Shown here piece by piece: positions 61,147 through 64,000 of a stretch of 64,000 nucleotides of DNA. The translations under genes and the position numbers were made by a program. How positions within the stretch are numbered: position 1 is the stretch's first letter; every line of letters starts with the position of its first letter. The stretch covers positions 372,001 to 436,000 of the forward strand of contig JAYWIR010000032.1 in the NCBI GenBank assembly GCA_036172245.1, read 5' to 3'. The stretch comes from Raillietiella orientalis. Lineage: Eukaryota. Under the pieces are notes generated by a model. It did not search any database and was not told the DNA's origin. It saw nothing but the letters and a program-made list of their open reading frames with translations.

Positions 61147-64000
61147 AGCACGGGAAGGGATGACTGTTCGCTGGAGGGTACCCTCTGCATCCTTTCCAGG
61201 ATGCCGGCAAGTTCCTTCTGAGTGTGTCCCAGGTGGGGCCATCTAGCTGCCGTCCTCATGAAGCTCAGGGCGAAGCAGATGGCGTCCGTTTCGCGCCGTC
61301 CCCCTCTCGCGTAGCTTCAGGACGCCGCAATCCTACGTAAGCAGCAGCAAAGAGCTGCTAGAGAAGCGGCAGGAGAAAGAACACCTAGCAGGAAGAGTCG
61401 CTCCATTACGTTCCTGGGATTGTCCGCTGATGCATCAAGGACTGTTGTGTAACGCAACCACAGGGGCACTCTGGTGGTACGCGGCAGATGCTCGTGTAGG
61501 GTGGGTGCAGGTGATGGGGAGGGAGCTGCTCAATCAGGCCATCTGCTGTACCCAGGGTGCTGTGAATCCGTTTTGTCCTTCATTCCCCTGATGAGGTCAC
61601 GAAACAAGATGGGTCCAGTCCGGACAGTGATCTACCCTGCGCTTCCGGCTACGTCTCCGGAGCACTGGGAGCTTGTTATGATCATTCCACTCTGGGGATC
61701 ACCTGCTTCCTTCTCAGAGACCCTTACCAGTCCTGAGTTCGTCGCTCCTGTTAGGATCCCCTCATTCCGAAATTCTCACGAGGGCTGCTCTTCCAGTTGC
61801 TTGGTCTCCGATCGCCTGCTTCCTCACCGTGAGTTGGTTCTTCGTTTTCCATCCTCTGCCAGAGACTGTTCTTCGGGGCTGTTGATCCCAGCGTTTTCTG
61901 CATGAATGCCGCCGTATGTTGAGCGACACCTGAAGTGCTCGGCCTGTTGCCTGGAGATCTTTAGCTCCCACGAGCTTCTTGAGCTTCACTTTCTTCTGGT
62001 GGTCCCATGAAGAGGGCTCAAGTGTAGCTCTCTCAGCCACACTCCTTTCGGAGATTTTCTCTACTTCCGCTCTCCTGGCACTCCGGGAGCCTCCAGCGAG
62101 TTGTCGGGGAGACGGCGTTGAGCACGGTCACTCGCTCTTCGGGTGCAAGCGAGATCACGAGTCAGGAAAAACTATCGAAGAGCCTCCTCCTGCGATGGTG
62201 GCAAGAAAAATCTACGTGTCCCGAGAGCGAGAAAGTGTGCAGACAGTCCTTTGTTTCTTCCCGCTTTTACGGGAATTCTTCGCCCTCCCCACAGGATACT
62301 AGTGACCTTCTCCTGAAACCGTGTTCCGAGTTTCAGATTGCGCATTTGAATTCCCCTCCTTCTGGCGTTTGTTGGTGGCTCCTGCTTGATGACCGGCAGT
62401 TCCAACATGGGAAACCACATTCCGTCCCATCGGATGGGACGTTGGAGTGTAGGTTGAGCATCCCGAAACGGGTGTCCTCGAAAGGCGGGCGAGGCGAGCG
62501 TGGATGGCTGCCCTCGTTGGAAGTCAAGATAAAACGAGACCAGATGTAGCATCCGAAGACCAAATCAAGCTGGATGAAGGAGCATCGTCTGAATTCCGGA
62601 AGCTGGAATTTCCAAGTCCCCACGCGTCTCGAGATTTAGATGGTTTATGGAATCGAAACTCTTGCTTCAATCTCTTCTTCCCTCCCCCCTCCCTCCCCCC
62701 CTGCTCTGTGCAAATCCGATCACTCTCCATATGATGGAATCAGAATCGATTTCTCCTCCTCGGATGATGGCTGTTTGAAAGACACGATATCTCTGCCAGC
62801 AAGAAATCACCAAGCCCGTCGATAAGGAAAGAGTACAGGAAATAGGTCGGTATTTCCACGGGAACGTGAGAGGCTGGCAAGGGAAACGGAGGATGCAGAA
62901 CAAATCACAGAGGAGTCGCAGGAACAAGTCTCACCTCTGGAGGGAGGGGACAAAGGAAAAGATGGAGAGGAAGAGAAGATGCGTCATGGCTGAGCATCGG
63001 AAAAATTCCAAACGATTGTCTGTGATGCCAGCGCCAAAATCCCAGATCTGCAATTCAATCAGTTGGTCTTGAGCTCCACGGAATGGAGGTCGTGTGAGTT
63101 GTCGGATTGCAGGGGCAGTTTACGAGTGACCACACCTAAGCTTATCTCTCTCTCGAGATGTCCGTATCTCTGCGTGCAAGCAGACAGAAACAAATCGAGC
63201 AACTCTTTGAAAGGGATAATCTTTCAAGGTCGCCCGAATTCCTTTTTTTCTGGATCCTTTTTTTTTTTTTTCTTTCTCTTTTCCCCTCATCGAGGAAAAG
63301 GTTGTGGGCAAATGACTGGTTATTAAGCACAAACAGTTTCATCAAGAACTCCCTTCAGTTCCGGGTAAGTGCAGTTCTGAGCTTTTTCAGCTGTTCCACC
63401 CTCCGGTAATTATCGGTCTTCCAGGTTTTTACCCGCCGTGCCAGTTAAGAAAATAAAGAGATCGTGGCCACAAAAAAAAAAAAAAGCGCTCATTATGGAA
63501 GAGGGTAAGAGATCCAAGTGAAGGTCGCTCTCATTCATTCTCAGCGAAAGAGATTCTCCTTGATGGCGATATGTCTGGTGTCCAAGTGGCCTTCTCCTAC
63601 GACGGAATACCGCCACTTCCGGAATGCTCGAGACATCTGCAGGATGCGCGAGAGCGTAAATAGGCAATCCGTCTTGGTGATGAGATGCAGGAGTGCCACA
63701 ACTCACCAAAGCCGCCGATTGGGGACAGGAATCCCAGAAGAAAACAGGCAATCCACTAGGAGAGTAATGGCGGGGTGTCAATACAGCTCGCAGTCCTCTC
63801 CTATAGTCATCAATAAAGATCATTCCAGACTGCATTTGATCCGAAGAGCGCCATGATCTCCGCTTGAAATCTCCATCGGGAAGCATAAAATGAAGTCACT
63901 AACATCCCTTCCCTCCGATTCCCAGCAGGATAATTCTTCCTTGCATGTCGTGGGTGCCACGAGCTGGATGGATTCTTATCTGGCGAGATCACGTGACGCG

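Larger units (their letters stand above)
59053..61245. repeat. Inverted homologous segments 59053-59155 (+) and 61150-61245 (-)
   Basis: atggcttcacctggaaac...gaaggaactcgccggcatcccgga versus atggccccacctgggac...gaaggaacttgccggcatcctgga. Confidence 0.7.

Noticed and set aside
61570..61620. Hammerhead ribozyme core CTGATGAG-gtca-CGAAAC
   Set aside because: Stem III can be drawn, but stem I does not pair in either the type I or type III topology.
61600..61700. Ulp1-like protease motif (VIYP...HWELVMI), as in NeSL elements
   Set aside because: It is a single short motif with no downstream catalytic Asp/Cys region recognisable.
1..64000. CRISPR array, prokaryotic operon or defence system
   Set aside because: There are no regularly spaced direct repeats, no gene-dense long ORFs and no operon structure. 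The content is eukaryotic repeat DNA.

Overview
This is eukaryotic DNA, probably from an arthropod: it has a (TTAGG)n tract, ionotropic-receptor-like remnants, Utopia/NeSL-type retroelements and an endosymbiont-type IS fragment. I found no intact protein-coding gene, and the long ORFs in the track are incidental. The window is a dense mosaic of decayed fragments, mostly 0.1-1 kb. The main components are: (i) RLE-type non-LTR retrotransposon pieces (Utopia/NeSL-like and R2-like); (ii) an L1/Tx1-like family whose copies end in a shared AATAAA + GC stem-loop without poly(A); (iii) five copies of a ~700-bp tRNA-headed SINE; (iv) a GC-rich interspersed repeat; (v) about 9 iGluR/IR-like pseudogene fragments plus LRR and RING remnants. 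Two things stand out. A ~200-bp AT-rich island encodes a peptide closely resembling Wolbachia/Rickettsiales IS982 transposase, a candidate endosymbiont-to-nucleus transfer. Several near-perfect palindromes with little or no spacer look like template-switch products. All family assignments come from manual motif recognition, not database searches, and most boundaries are approximate.
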